A DNA stretch of 64,000 bases from Treponemataceae bacterium (GTDB lineage Bacteria > Spirochaetota > Spirochaetia > Treponematales > Rectinemataceae), in contig CAXXHO010000003.1 in NCBI GenBank assembly GCA_963667725.2, forward strand, positions 640,001-704,000. Reading direction: 5' to 3'. This document shows, piece by piece, positions 1-9,815 of this stretch (its first letter is position 1; each line of letters opens with the position of its first letter). Below the pieces are notes generated by a model, which was given only the letters and a program-made list of their open reading frames with translations, was not told the DNA's origin and ran no database searches. Position numbers and translations under genes: made by a program.

Positions 1-254
1 TGACGGCCGCCTGCGGCATCGTCTCGTGGATCGGGCTCGTCGTGCCGCACGTGGCGAGGCTTTACGCCGGCGCCGACGGGCGAAACTCCATTCCCCTGTC
101 GATGGCGGGAGGAGCGATATTCGCCCTCCTGGCCGACGGTCTCGCGCGGACGCTTTTCCCCGGCGAACTGCCCCTGGGCATCGTGACCGCCCTGCTTGGC
201 GCCCTCGCATTCTCCGCCTTGCTGGCTTCCCGCTCGACGGAGTTGACCAAATGA
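1..254 (+). CDS. FecCD/BtuC-family ABC permease, C-terminal part (5' truncated by window edge)
   Basis: Open frame from nt 3: TAACGIVSWIGLVVPHVARL...ADGLARTLFPGELPLGIVTALLGA, a typical FecCD C-terminus; the stop overlaps the next ATG (ATGA). Confidence 0.9.
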   Translation, partial: TAACGIVSWIGLVVPHVARLYAGADGRNSIPLSMAGGAIFALLADGLARTLFPGELPLGIVTALLGALAFSALLASRSTELTK

Positions 255-1036
255 AGCTACTCGAAGCCAGGAACCTCTCATTCGCCTGGGCGGCAAGAGG
301 CTCAATGACAAGAGAACCGATCCTCGACGATATATCGTTCAGGATAGGCGAGGGGAAGAAGCTGGCGATTCTCGGCGCCAACGGCGCCGGCAAGACGACA
401 CTCCTGTCGCTCCTGGGCGGGAGACTCGCCCCCAAGACCGGCGAGGTGCTTCTCGACGGCGGCTCCGTGCGCGGGTTTTCCCCGCGCGCCTTGGCCAGGA
501 AAGTCGCTTTCCTTCCCCAGATAGAGCGGCTTTCCTTTAACTATAAGGTGCTGGAGTTCGTCCTCATGGGCAGGGCTCCCCATATCGAGGCGCTGGCCCA
601 GCCCGACGCGGGCGACGAAGCGGCGGCCTTGGGCGCCCTCGCGGAACTGGGGCTAGAATCCCTCGCCGGACGCAGGGCGGGCGAACTATCGGGCGGCGAA
701 TACCAGCTCGTCAGGATAGCGCGCTGCCTGGCCCAGGAAGCGGAAATCCTCCTCCTGGACGAACCGACATCCCTTCTCGATCCCGCTAATGCCCAGCGCG
801 TCGCGCGCGAGCTCGCCTCCCTGGCATCCAAGGGCAAGACCATAATCTTCACCACCCACGACATGGCGCTCGCACGCTCCCTCGCCGACACCATTCTCAT
901 GATCGGGCAGCGCCGGCTCCTGCGCATGGGCCCTCCCTCCGAAGTGCTTACCCCGGAATTCCTCGAGGAGGCCTTCGGCGTAGAGTTCGGCATAGGACAG
1001 GTGCCCACGGCATATCCGTCGGCTGCGTCGCGCTAG
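251..1036 (+). CDS. Iron-siderophore/cobalamin-type ABC transporter ATP-binding protein
   Basis: Walker A GANGAGKTT, signature LSGGE, Walker B LLLDEPT, H-loop; ATG at 251 overlaps the permease stop. Confidence 0.9.
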   Translation: MKLLEARNLSFAWAARGSMTREPILDDISFRIGEGKKLAILGANGAGKTTLLSLLGGRLAPKTGEVLLDGGSVRGFSPRALARKVAFLPQIERLSFNYKVLEFVLMGRAPHIEALAQPDAGDEAAALGALAELGLESLAGRRAGELSGGEYQLVRIARCLAQEAEILLLDEPTSLLDPANAQRVARELASLASKGKTIIFTTHDMALARSLADTILMIGQRRLLRMGPPSEVLTPEFLEEAFGVEFGIGQVPTAYPSAASR

Positions 1037-1077
1037 AACCCGTCTTTAAAAAATCATCATTTTCCGTTTTTTTCATC

Positions 1078-1137
1078 TTGACAATTTCAGAAAACAACAT
1101 ACAATACAACTTAATACATCATAAGATGTATTATAAT
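1078..1137 (+). promoter_or_regulatory. Sigma70-like promoter and palindromic operator of the frl operon
   Basis: TTGACA (1078-1083)-N16-TACAAT (1100-1105); perfect inverted repeat TAATACATC-ATAA-GATGTATTA (1112-1133); a further TATAAT at 1132-1137. Confidence 0.7.
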
Positions 1138-1158
1138 GACATATGAGAGGAATTCCCG

Positions 1159-2133
1159 ATGACCATTGACCATGGAGCATTGCTAATCCAGGCTATTGAG
1201 GCTGTAAAGCGGAGAAATCCCAAAAATATTTACTTTGTCGCCTGCGGGGGCTCTCTCGCCTATATGTACAATCAGCAGTACCTGATCGACAGGGAAACGA
1301 CGATCCCTTCCTTCGTCCTATCCTCCAACGAATTCATCCATCGCGATCCCAAGGGGCTGGGGAAGGATTCCCTCGTCATAACCTGCAGTCACTCGGGCAA
1401 CACGCCCGAAACCGTCGAGGCAACGGCTTTCGCTCGCGGGAAAGGCGCCCTCACCGTCGCCTATTCCTTTAAGGTGGATTCTCCCCTCTGGCTGGCGGCC
1501 GAATACAACCTCCATTATGACTGGGGTCCCGACGCCGACGCCTATGACCACCGCGCGGGCATGGCGCTCCGCTTCATGTTCGGCATCCTCGACGCGATCC
1601 AGCCCAAGCCGCTTTACAAGACAGCCCTCGAGAACATCAAAGGCCTCCAGGACATCTTCGCCCGCAACAAGGCCAAGTTCGCCGCCGCAGCCGATGTATT
1701 CGGCTCGAGCCACAAGCGCGAGCCCATCATCTATACCATGGCCTCCGGCCCCGTCTACGGCGAGGCTTATTCCTTCGCCATCTGCCTTCTTCAGGAGATG
1801 CAGTGGGTCCACTCCGCCGCCATCCACTCGGGCGAATACTTCCATGGACCCTTCGAGATCACCGATTACGACGTGCCCTTCCTTCTCATGAAGACGGCAG
1901 GGGAGACGAGGCCGCTGGACGAGCGGGCGCTCGCCTTCGCGACGAAATTCTCGAAGAAGGTGACGGTGGTGGACGCCGAGGGGTTCGACTGGACCGGCAT
2001 CGACGCGAGCCTAAAGAGTTACCTTTCGGCGCCCATTTTCGGCGCCGTGCTCCGCGTCTACGCCGAGCGTCTGGCCGAACACCGCGGGCATCCTCTATCG
2101 GTGCGCCGCTATATGTGGAAAATGGAATACTGA
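1159..2133 (+). CDS. frlB: Fructoselysine/fructosamine-6-phosphate deglycase (SIS domain)
   Basis: VACGGSLA, SHSGNTPET, EMQW..S..IHSGEYFHGPFEITD and C-terminal HPLSVRRYMWKMEY are typical FrlB motifs. Confidence 0.92.
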   Translation: MTIDHGALLIQAIEAVKRRNPKNIYFVACGGSLAYMYNQQYLIDRETTIPSFVLSSNEFIHRDPKGLGKDSLVITCSHSGNTPETVEATAFARGKGALTVAYSFKVDSPLWLAAEYNLHYDWGPDADAYDHRAGMALRFMFGILDAIQPKPLYKTALENIKGLQDIFARNKAKFAAAADVFGSSHKREPIIYTMASGPVYGEAYSFAICLLQEMQWVHSAAIHSGEYFHGPFEITDYDVPFLLMKTAGETRPLDERALAFATKFSKKVTVVDAEGFDWTGIDASLKSYLSAPIFGAVLRVYAERLAEHRGHPLSVRRYMWKMEY

Positions 2134-2164
2134 TCGTCACGATGGCCTGAATGGCGTCGCGGTG

Positions 2165-2196
2165 GCCCGAACGCGGGCTTCCGCTCACGTTCGGGC
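2165..2196 (+). other. Intercistronic stem-loop between frlB and the solute-binding gene
   Basis: GCCCGAACGCGGGC-TTCC-GCTCACGTTCGGGC near-perfect inverted repeat with no long U-tract. Confidence 0.5.
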
Positions 2197-2259
2197 ATTT
2201 ACGGTAGGTAGCTACGCCTCGCGCCTGGCGCGGGGCAGCACGATACATAGGAGGCTTTC

Positions 2260-3531
2260 ATGTTCAAGAAACTATTAGCCGTATCCGTCCTGCTCGCCAT
2301 GACGGTGTCCTTCGCCGCGGCGCAGAGCGGCAAGGTGACGATCCGCTTCTTCCACCGCTGGCCGATGGAACCGCGATACAGCTACTTCAATCAGGTAGTG
2401 GCCGAATTCGAGAAGCAGAATCCCAACATCAAGATCGAAATGGACAGCGTCGTCAACGACGCCTACAAAGAGAAAATCCGCGTCCTCATCTCCTCGAACG
2501 ACGTCCCCGACGTCTTCCTGTCCTGGTCCGACAGCTTCGCGGCCAATCTCGTGAAGTCCGGCAAGGTTAAATCCCTCAACGACATGCTCGCCAAAGACAA
2601 GGCTTTCGCGAGTTCTTTCATACAGTCCCAGATCAAGCCCTTCAGCTTCGACGGCGTCACTTATGGCATGCCGCTGACCATCGACGGCAAGGTCTTCGTC
2701 TACAACAAGGAAATGTTCGCGAAGGCCGGAATCACGAAGGACCCCAAAACATGGGACGAGCTGCTCAAGGCCCTCGACACCCTGAAAGCCAAGGGATACG
2801 CCGTTCCCCTTCTCGAAGGTCTCTCCGACGCCTGGGCCATCTCTCACTACCAGGGCACGATGTTCCAGCGCTATCTCCCGGCCGAAGTCCTCGCCAAGGA
2901 CTATGCCGAAGCCACCGGCGAGTTCACCAATCCAGGCTACAAGGTCGTCCTCGAGCGCTTCCAGAAGCTCGTGAGCTACATGGGGCCGAACGCTACCTCC
3001 TTGAGCCACACCGAGGTGCGCAATCAGTTCATCGCCGGAAAGCTTCCGCTGATCTACCTCCAGCTGGCGGAGTTCTCCTACATCAACAACGCCAAGTCCA
3101 AGCCCGATTTCGGCTACTTCAACTTCCCTGCTTTCGCCGACGGAAAGGGCGACCCCGGGCTTCTCACCGGAGCTCCCGAGGGCTTCATGATGTCCAACAC
3201 CAGCAAGAATCCCGAAGCCGCCGAGAAATTCTACAAGTTCCTCCTTTCCAAGGAGAACATGATCAAGTTTGTGAAGGACGTGGGCGCTCCTGTGGCCGTC
3301 ATCGGCGCCGTCAATAAGGATAACTCCTACCCGGCTCTCATGGGCGCGATCGACCTCATCCTCAGCGTGAAGGGATCCATGCCCTGGTTCGACAACGCGG
3401 TCAACATCAAGGTCGCCGACGCCTTTATGCGCGGTTCACAGGCCATCGCGACGGGCGATAAGACCATCGACCAGGTAATGGCCGACGCTCAGGCCGCCGC
3501 CAAGGTTGTGAGAAGCGAAGCGAAAAAGTAA
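2260..3531 (+). CDS. Carbohydrate ABC transporter substrate-binding protein (FrlO-like)
   Basis: Signal peptide, SBP family 1 features (DVPDVF, YNKEMFAKAG, PKTWDEL); AGGAGG RBS; inside the frl operon. Confidence 0.88.
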   Translation: MFKKLLAVSVLLAMTVSFAAAQSGKVTIRFFHRWPMEPRYSYFNQVVAEFEKQNPNIKIEMDSVVNDAYKEKIRVLISSNDVPDVFLSWSDSFAANLVKSGKVKSLNDMLAKDKAFASSFIQSQIKPFSFDGVTYGMPLTIDGKVFVYNKEMFAKAGITKDPKTWDELLKALDTLKAKGYAVPLLEGLSDAWAISHYQGTMFQRYLPAEVLAKDYAEATGEFTNPGYKVVLERFQKLVSYMGPNATSLSHTEVRNQFIAGKLPLIYLQLAEFSYINNAKSKPDFGYFNFPAFADGKGDPGLLTGAPEGFMMSNTSKNPEAAEKFYKFLLSKENMIKFVKDVGAPVAVIGAVNKDNSYPALMGAIDLILSVKGSMPWFDNAVNIKVADAFMRGSQAIATGDKTIDQVMADAQAAAKVVRSEAKK

Positions 3532-3548
3532 GCGCCGTGCTAGAATCG

Positions 3549-3576
3549 GGGGACGCGGGGCAAGCCCCGCGTCCCC
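3549..3576 (+). other. GC-rich hairpin after the SBP gene (mRNA stabiliser or partial terminator)
   Basis: GGGGACGCGGGG-CAAG-CCCCGCGTCCCC, perfect 12-bp stem. Confidence 0.65.
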
Positions 3577-3605
3577 TTGCTTATAGATAGGGGAGGAGCC
3601 TTTAC

Positions 3606-4496
3606 ATGATCTCGAGAAGACTTCGGTCGACGGTGGAGCCCATCGGCTTCGTCCTGCCTTGCGTCCTCATGCTGGGGATATTTGTCTATTACCCTCTCGT
3701 GCAGAACGTGATTTACAGTTTTTTCAGGTTTTCGGCCTTCTCTCCCGAGAAGATTTTCATAGGCCTGGAGAATTACCGGATGCTGCTCAAGGACGGCGTC
3801 GTCCTCACGGCGCTGAGAAACAATGTGCGCTACGCCATCGTTTCCGTCATCGTCCAGGTGTGCTGGGGCCTCGTGCTCGCGGCCGTCCTCGAAGACAAAG
3901 CCTTGAGACGGGTCTCGCCCTTCTTCCGCACCACCTTCTTCCTCCCCGTGGTCATCTCCATTTCCGTAATCTGCCTGCTCTTCGGCTTCATCTATAGCCC
4001 GATAGACGGCATTCTCAACAACTTCCTCACCCTCGTCGGCCTCGGTTCCTGGGCCAGGCCATGGCTGGGTTCGGGAAAGACGGCGATCTGGGCGACGATA
4101 GCCGTCTCCCAGTGGCAGAGCGTCGGCTATGTCATGATGCTCTTCATCGTCGCGATCCAGAAGATTCCCGAGGAACTCTACGAGGCCGCCGAGATAGACG
4201 GGGCCGGCAAGCTCCGCAGGTTCTTCGTCATTACCCTTCCCCAGGTCAAGGAAATGTTCTTCGTCACCTCGGTCATAACGGTGACGGGATCCTTCCTCGT
4301 CTTCAACGAGCCCTACATCCTCACCAAGGGCGGCGGGCCGGGCACGAGTTCCATGACGCTGGCGGTGCACATGTACCAGTCGGGCTTTTTCAAGGACATG
4401 ATGGGCTACGCGTCCACGATCGCCGTCGTCATCTTCCTGATCTCGGCCGCTCTCTCGGTCGTGCAGCTCAAGGCTTTCAAGAGCGGGGAGGACTGA
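3606..4496 (+). CDS. Carbohydrate ABC permease (FrlN/MalF-like)
   Basis: Hydrophobic segments; EAA motif YEAAEIDGA. Confidence 0.9.
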   Translation: MISRRLRSTVEPIGFVLPCVLMLGIFVYYPLVQNVIYSFFRFSAFSPEKIFIGLENYRMLLKDGVVLTALRNNVRYAIVSVIVQVCWGLVLAAVLEDKALRRVSPFFRTTFFLPVVISISVICLLFGFIYSPIDGILNNFLTLVGLGSWARPWLGSGKTAIWATIAVSQWQSVGYVMMLFIVAIQKIPEELYEAAEIDGAGKLRRFFVITLPQVKEMFFVTSVITVTGSFLVFNEPYILTKGGGPGTSSMTLAVHMYQSGFFKDMMGYASTIAVVIFLISAALSVVQLKAFKSGED

Positions 4497-4499
4497 ACC

Positions 4500-5354
4500 A
4501 TGACCAACGCGAGTCTTTTCCGATATAAAAGGAATTCCATCGGACCGGCGCAGATACTCATCCTCATCGTCCTCTGCGTCGGCTTCGTGATGGTGGCGTA
4601 CCCGCTTTTCTGGGTCGTCATGTCCTCGCTCAAGACCACCGAGGACATCACCCTCAACATCTGGGCGCTTCCGACAGATCCCCAATGGCAGAACTATGCC
4701 AACGCGTGGAACAGAGGAATTTCGGGCTATTTCGTCAACAGCCTCATCGTGACCTTGAGCACCATAGCGGGCGTCCTCGCCCTCTCTTCGCTCTGCGCCT
4801 ATGGCCTCGCCAGGTACAAGGCTCCCTGGCTCAAGTACGTCCTCATCGCCATCATGGGCGGCATGATGCTGAATCCCCAGGTCTGCCTCGTCCCCCTCTA
4901 CGGCCTCCTCACGGCGCTGAAGATCAGGAACACCTATCTCGCCCTCATCATCCCCTATGTGGCTTTCAGGCTTCCCCTCAACACCCTCCTCATACGCACC
5001 TTTTTCCTGAGCGTGCCCAAGGAGATCGAGGAGTCGGCCACGCTGGACGGCTGCACGAGCGTCCAGACCTTCTCGAAGATTTTCCTTCCGATGTCCAGGC
5101 CCATCCTCCTCACGAGCGCTATCCTCACGGCTTACTATGCCTGGAACGAATTCCTCTTCGCCATCATCTTCATCGACTCGAACAAATACAGAACGATACC
5201 CGCGGGTCTCATGAGTTTCAGGGACGCATTGCAGATAGACTGGGGCCCCCTACTCTCCGGCATGGCAATTTCGGCGCTGCCTCTTATGGTGTTCTTCATC
5301 CTGGTGCAGAAATACTTCATCCGCGGCATGATGGCGGGCTCGGTCAAGGGTTGA
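4500..5354 (+). CDS. Carbohydrate ABC permease (FrlM/MalG-like)
   Basis: EESATLDGC motif, WNEF, C-terminal QKYFIRGMMAGSVKG. Confidence 0.9.
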   Translation: MTNASLFRYKRNSIGPAQILILIVLCVGFVMVAYPLFWVVMSSLKTTEDITLNIWALPTDPQWQNYANAWNRGISGYFVNSLIVTLSTIAGVLALSSLCAYGLARYKAPWLKYVLIAIMGGMMLNPQVCLVPLYGLLTALKIRNTYLALIIPYVAFRLPLNTLLIRTFFLSVPKEIEESATLDGCTSVQTFSKIFLPMSRPILLTSAILTAYYAWNEFLFAIIFIDSNKYRTIPAGLMSFRDALQIDWGPLLSGMAISALPLMVFFILVQKYFIRGMMAGSVKG

Positions 5355-5416
5355 GCCGAGTATAGGTAGAGCGCTCGGCCGCTCGCCGCGATAGCCGCGA
5401 AAAAGGAAAGAAAGCG

Positions 5417-6241
5417 ATGAAAATGATAGGCGTGGGCGACAATGTCGTCGACTGTTATCTCGACCAGAAAATGTACTATCCGGGCGGAAACGCGGTGAAC
5501 GTGGCCGTCAACTGCCGCAGGAACGGGGCGAATCCCGTGGCCTACATGGGCGTCTTCGGTGACGATCCGGAAGCCGAGCACATCAAGCGCTGTCTGGAAA
5601 AGGAAGGCGTCGAATGGGGGCATTCCCGCAAGGTGTATGCCGCGTCGGGACATCCCGCCGTCAACCTCTCTCCCGATGGGGACAGGGTTTTCGTCGGGGG
5701 ACCGAAGGACACGGCCCAGCATATCCTTCGAATCAGGCTGACGCCTCCCGACCTGGAGTACATCGGCGCCTTCGACCTCTGCCATACTTCCTGCTATTCC
5801 GGCATAGAGCTCGAACTCGCGAGGCTGGCCTCGAAGACCGATGTCTCCTACGATTTTTCCACCAGGAACGAGGAAGACTATCTAGCTGAAGTATGTCCCT
5901 ACGCGCGATTCGCTTTCTTTTCCGGCGCCGCGTTGACAGAAACCAAGCTTGACTCTATCATCGAAAGTTGCCACGCCTTCGGCACCGAAACGGTGGGCAT
6001 CACCCTGGGATCGAAAGGCGCCCTCTTTTCGCGGCGCGGACAGCGTTTTTTCCAGCCAGTGAAAGCCGCCGAGAAGGTGGTGGACACCATGGGAGCGGGC
6101 GACAGTTTCATAGCAGGCTTCCTAACGCGTTTCTACGAAAGCGGCGACATGGCCGCTTCCCTCGATTTCGCGGCCGAGAGGGCCGCCATCACCTGCGGAT
6201 ATTTCGGAGGATTCGGTTATCCCCACGATTTCGAACGCTGA
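5417..6241 (+). CDS. frlD: Fructoselysine/fructosamine 6-kinase (PfkB family)
   Basis: GDNVVD, YPGGNAVNVAV, DTMGAGDSFIAGF; operonic with frlB. Confidence 0.88.
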   Translation: MKMIGVGDNVVDCYLDQKMYYPGGNAVNVAVNCRRNGANPVAYMGVFGDDPEAEHIKRCLEKEGVEWGHSRKVYAASGHPAVNLSPDGDRVFVGGPKDTAQHILRIRLTPPDLEYIGAFDLCHTSCYSGIELELARLASKTDVSYDFSTRNEEDYLAEVCPYARFAFFSGAALTETKLDSIIESCHAFGTETVGITLGSKGALFSRRGQRFFQPVKAAEKVVDTMGAGDSFIAGFLTRFYESGDMAASLDFAAERAAITCGYFGGFGYPHDFER

Positions 6242-7039
6242 TTGGAGATTGATCTGGAAATGTTGACGCAGACCAGCGCCCGGCCTCTGTACGAACAGCT
6301 CAAGCAGACGCTTATCGGGAAAATACTGGACGGATCCTATGCCTTCGGCGAGCGTCTTCCGGGGGAGCTGAGCCTTGTGGAAACCTACGGCATCAGCAGG
6401 ATAACGGTGCGCCGCGCCCTGTCCGAACTTGTCGAGGAAGGCTACCTTTCGTCGCAGCAGGGCAGGGGAACCTTCGTCAGCTACCGCCATGTGAAGCGCC
6501 AGCTGCGCTCCTTCGGGGGCTTCAGCGAATCCTCCAACGATGGGGTCAAGAACAAGTACAGCCGAGTGCTCTCAAAAGAAGTGGAAGGCGCCGAGATCGA
6601 AGTCGCCGACAAGCTCGGAATAGAGCCCGGGGCTAAGGTCATCCACCTGCGCCGCCTGATGTCGGACTCCCAGATTCCCTATATGATCGACGACGCCTAT
6701 TTCATCGAATCGATGTATCCGGGCTTGGGCGATCTGCTCGTGGACAACATCTCCACCTTCGGCATAATGCAGAAGAAATACGGCATCGTCTTCGCGAAGG
6801 CTTACAAGACGTTGGGCGTCATCCGCGCCGGCCCCGAGCACGCCGAATTCCTGAAATGCGTTCCGGGCGATCCGCTTTTTTCCATAACCAAAGTCATCTA
6901 CGACCCGCTGGACCTTCCTGTGCATTATTCCCACTATCTGGTGCTGGGCGATCGATGCGTCTATTCGCTCATGGTATCGGGCGACCAGAACGACATGGAA
7001 CTGCGCTACCAGAAAGCCCCGGACGCGGCGGCGACCTGA
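6242..7039 (+). CDS. frlR: GntR/HutC-family (UTRA) regulator, FrlR-like
   Basis: PLYEQLK...LPGE..L...YGISRITVRRAL..LVEEG...QGRGTFV winged HTH plus UTRA-like C-terminus; start may be TTG 6242 or ATG 6260. Confidence 0.8.
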   Translation: MEIDLEMLTQTSARPLYEQLKQTLIGKILDGSYAFGERLPGELSLVETYGISRITVRRALSELVEEGYLSSQQGRGTFVSYRHVKRQLRSFGGFSESSNDGVKNKYSRVLSKEVEGAEIEVADKLGIEPGAKVIHLRRLMSDSQIPYMIDDAYFIESMYPGLGDLLVDNISTFGIMQKKYGIVFAKAYKTLGVIRAGPEHAEFLKCVPGDPLFSITKVIYDPLDLPVHYSHYLVLGDRCVYSLMVSGDQNDMELRYQKAPDAAAT

Positions 7040-7100
7040 AGCGCCCTGGCGCCGCTTTAGACGGGCGCGCTACCACTCACCCAGATCTTCTCGCAATTCA

Positions 7101-8567
7101 TCACTCGACGATCCGCCAGGCGACAGCCACCCAATAATCCTTTCCGTTTTTGGTGGTGGCGAGCTTTATGGTATCCGCCATGGGAATCTCCATCTCGAGA
7201 CGGAAGACGCCGTCGCTTCCTTTTTCCATGGGATAAAAAGCATCGTTGGCCAGGAGGGCTGCCTTGGCGGCTGCGGGCGAGCAATAGCTGAACCTGTGCT
7301 TCCCTCTCGATCGGAGATCGCCCGAGAGGGGCTCGATGAGGGAATCGCCAGGAGCGTTCTGGTATTGCGCGTAGAAAAGCGGAAAGCGTCCCTGTCTGGA
7401 TGCCGTGGCGTTATCCAGCTGGAAGGTCAGCACCTTGTGCAGCGGGCTTTCGGATTTCGATGCGGGTATCGGGGATTCAGGGCGCTTTTCCTCGCTGTCC
7501 TTGGCGAACAGTTCCAACGTAAAAAGGCCTGCGGAGGGCATGCGGACAAGGATTCTCCTCGAATCGGGCGAGAGTCTCTGGATCATAGTCCCCTGTTCGA
7601 TTTCCGACCCGTTGGGATCGCTGAGGACGGCGTCGATGACGATTCCGGGTTTGGCCAAGCCTATAGCGAAGGAAAAATCGCCTGCCGCCGCCGTTTTCCA
7701 GGATAAGGCGGCAAGGGGCAAGCGAAGGCCCAGGGAAAAGAAGGCGTTCTCGACATCGGGGGAATTGAGGAATTCTTCAGGAGAGATGGGGCGGGCGACG
7801 AGCTGCTGGTCCTCCTGTTTCGGGTAGCGCACATAGAGACTGACCTGGGGGTCGACGAAGAGGTTGTCGGTGGAATAGCGCCTGACGAAGGTCCAGTCCT
7901 TCACATGTCCCGCGTCGAAGGTGGTGTCGACGATATACCGGCCGCCGCTGATCTGGACAATATTCCACGCGTGCGAATTGCCCGGTGTGAGGCCTCGGGG
8001 ACCGGCCTGGTTTTTCGTGAAGCCGCTGACGGTGGCGCAAGAAAAACCGGCTTGCTCGGCCATGGCCTGGAAGACCCGCGAATAGCCGCTGCACACCGCC
8101 TTCCTGGAATTCATCACATGCTCGATATCCTGGTCAGCGGCGAACTGGCTTTTCAGCATGGCCACATCATAGGAAATGTTGACGCAGATCCAGTCGTGGA
8201 TGAGCTTGATCTTCATGAAGGGATCTTTTTCCTGGCCGACGAGGGCCGCGGTGAGATCCTTGAGCCCAGCCGCCGGGTTCCTGAAGGCCGCGGCCTGCAG
8301 CTTCTCGCTTAGGGCGTTGGCTCGGGGATCGATCTGGCCGTTCCTGTAGAGGGTTAGGTCGGGCCGCGGGGGCGGCGTCGGCTTCGCTGGAGGCTCCGGC
8401 GGCCGCGCGACGGACTCTGGCGGCCGCGCGACGGCGGCGATCTGCGCTGGCTTTTTCGCGGGAAGAAGGGAACAGGCCGGCAGGAACAGGCAGGCGGCGA
8501 GGATGAGAGTGATCAGAGCCGTCGGGGAAAAACCGGGACGGCTGTCTGCTGAATGGCGCATGATCAT
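7101..8567 (-). CDS. Transglutaminase-like (Cys-His-Asp) domain lipoprotein
   Basis: Lipobox-like FLPAC, Pro-rich linker, IHDWI...ISYD, VCSGYS, HAWN, YIVDTTF. Confidence 0.75.
   Translation of the reverse strand: MIMRHSADSRPGFSPTALITLILAACLFLPACSLLPAKKPAQIAAVARPPESVARPPEPPAKPTPPPRPDLTLYRNGQIDPRANALSEKLQAAAFRNPAAGLKDLTAALVGQEKDPFMKIKLIHDWICVNISYDVAMLKSQFAADQDIEHVMNSRKAVCSGYSRVFQAMAEQAGFSCATVSGFTKNQAGPRGLTPGNSHAWNIVQISGGRYIVDTTFDAGHVKDWTFVRRYSTDNLFVDPQVSLYVRYPKQEDQQLVARPISPEEFLNSPDVENAFFSLGLRLPLAALSWKTAAAGDFSFAIGLAKPGIVIDAVLSDPNGSEIEQGTMIQRLSPDSRRILVRMPSAGLFTLELFAKDSEEKRPESPIPASKSESPLHKVLTFQLDNATASRQGRFPLFYAQYQNAPGDSLIEPLSGDLRSRGKHRFSYCSPAAAKAALLANDAFYPMEKGSDGVFRLEMEIPMADTIKLATTKNGKDYWVAVAWRIVE
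8394..8434. repeat. Two-copy 21-bp-period tandem repeat encoding VARPPE(S/P)
   Basis: CTCCGGCGGCCGCGCGACGG (8394-8413) and CTCTGGCGGCCGCGCGACGG (8415-8434). Confidence 0.7.
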
Positions 8568-8593
8568 CCTCGAAAGCCTGTCTGGAAGCGCCT

Positions 8594-9793
8594 TCAGAGC
8601 CCCAGTGCGCGTGACGCGCCGCGTTCCATGGCATTCTTAAGCATAGCCGCCGGATTCTTGAATTTTCCCAGGATGATCATCGCGGCGATTATGTAGGGCT
8701 TGTAGCTCGCTTCCCTGTAGGTGTCGTCGCGATAGCGGTCAAAGACGGAGGCGGCCACTTCGCCCGCCTTGCAGGATACGTCGGTGATGTCGGCTGGCAG
8801 GCAGTGCATGTACAGCGCCTTGCCGTCCTTCGTCAGCTTCATCTTCTCTTCCGTGCACTCCCAGTCCTTGAACTTCGCGTTGTTCGCGAGGCAGCTCTTC
8901 TCGAGATCCTTCAGGCCCGCCTGGTCGCCTGCGTGGAGGAGGGGAACGCGCTTCTGCATCACGTCGTAGGGAGCCCAGCTCTTCGGATAGACGATGTCGG
9001 CGCCGGCGAAGGCAGCGTCCATCGAGTGCCCGACGGTGAGGAGGCCGCCGGAAGCCTCGGCCTGGTCTCTCGAGAGCTGGACGACCTCGGGGATGAGCTC
9101 GTAGCCTTCAGGGTAGGCGAGGGCGATGTCCATGCCGAAGCGGCTCGCGAGGCCGATGATGCCCTGGGGCACGGAGAGGGGCTTGCCGTAGGAAGGCGAA
9201 TAGGCCCAGGACATGGCGATCTTCTTGCCCTTGAGCTTGTCGATCCCGCCGAAATAGTGGGCCAGATGGAGGAAATCGGCCATGGACTGGGTGGGATGGT
9301 CTATGTCGGACTGGAGGTTGACGACGGTGGGCCTGGAGGGAAGGACCCCCGCCGCGACGCCTTCGTCGAGGGCTTTCGCCACCTCGCGCTGGTACTTGTC
9401 ACCTTCGCCGAGGTACATATCGTCGCGTATGCCGATCGCCTCGGTGAGGAAGCTGATCATATTGGCTGTCTCGCGCACCGTCTCGCCGTGGGCGATCTGG
9501 CTCTTGCCCTCATCCAGGTCCTGGATGTAGAGGCCGAGAAGGTCGCAAGCCGACGCGTAGGAGAAGCGGGTGCGCGTCGAGTTGTCGCGGAAGTTGGAGA
9601 CGGCTATGCCCGAGTCCCAAATCCTGGGGCTGATGTTGTTGTCCCTCATCCCGCGCAGGATGTCGGCTACGAGAAAAGTGGCGTCCAGTTCATCCCTGGT
9701 TTTCTCCCAGGTGAGAAAGAAGTCCTTGCCAGCCATGTCGGTCCGCTTGGCGGCGAGATCCTTGATGGCCTTGACGATCGCGTTCTTGTCCAT
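8594..9793 (-). CDS. ygeW: Knotted carbamoyltransferase YgeW
   Basis: FRDNSTRTRFS, HGETVRETANMISF, DHPTQ, SWAYSPSYGKPLSVPQG, MHCLPAD; GGAGG RBS before ATG 9793. Confidence 0.93.
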   Translation of the reverse strand: MDKNAIVKAIKDLAAKRTDMAGKDFFLTWEKTRDELDATFLVADILRGMRDNNISPRIWDSGIAVSNFRDNSTRTRFSYASACDLLGLYIQDLDEGKSQIAHGETVRETANMISFLTEAIGIRDDMYLGEGDKYQREVAKALDEGVAAGVLPSRPTVVNLQSDIDHPTQSMADFLHLAHYFGGIDKLKGKKIAMSWAYSPSYGKPLSVPQGIIGLASRFGMDIALAYPEGYELIPEVVQLSRDQAEASGGLLTVGHSMDAAFAGADIVYPKSWAPYDVMQKRVPLLHAGDQAGLKDLEKSCLANNAKFKDWECTEEKMKLTKDGKALYMHCLPADITDVSCKAGEVAASVFDRYRDDTYREASYKPYIIAAMIILGKFKNPAAMLKNAMERGASRALGL

Positions 9794-9815
9794 AATTCCT
9801 CCGGATTGCGAGATT

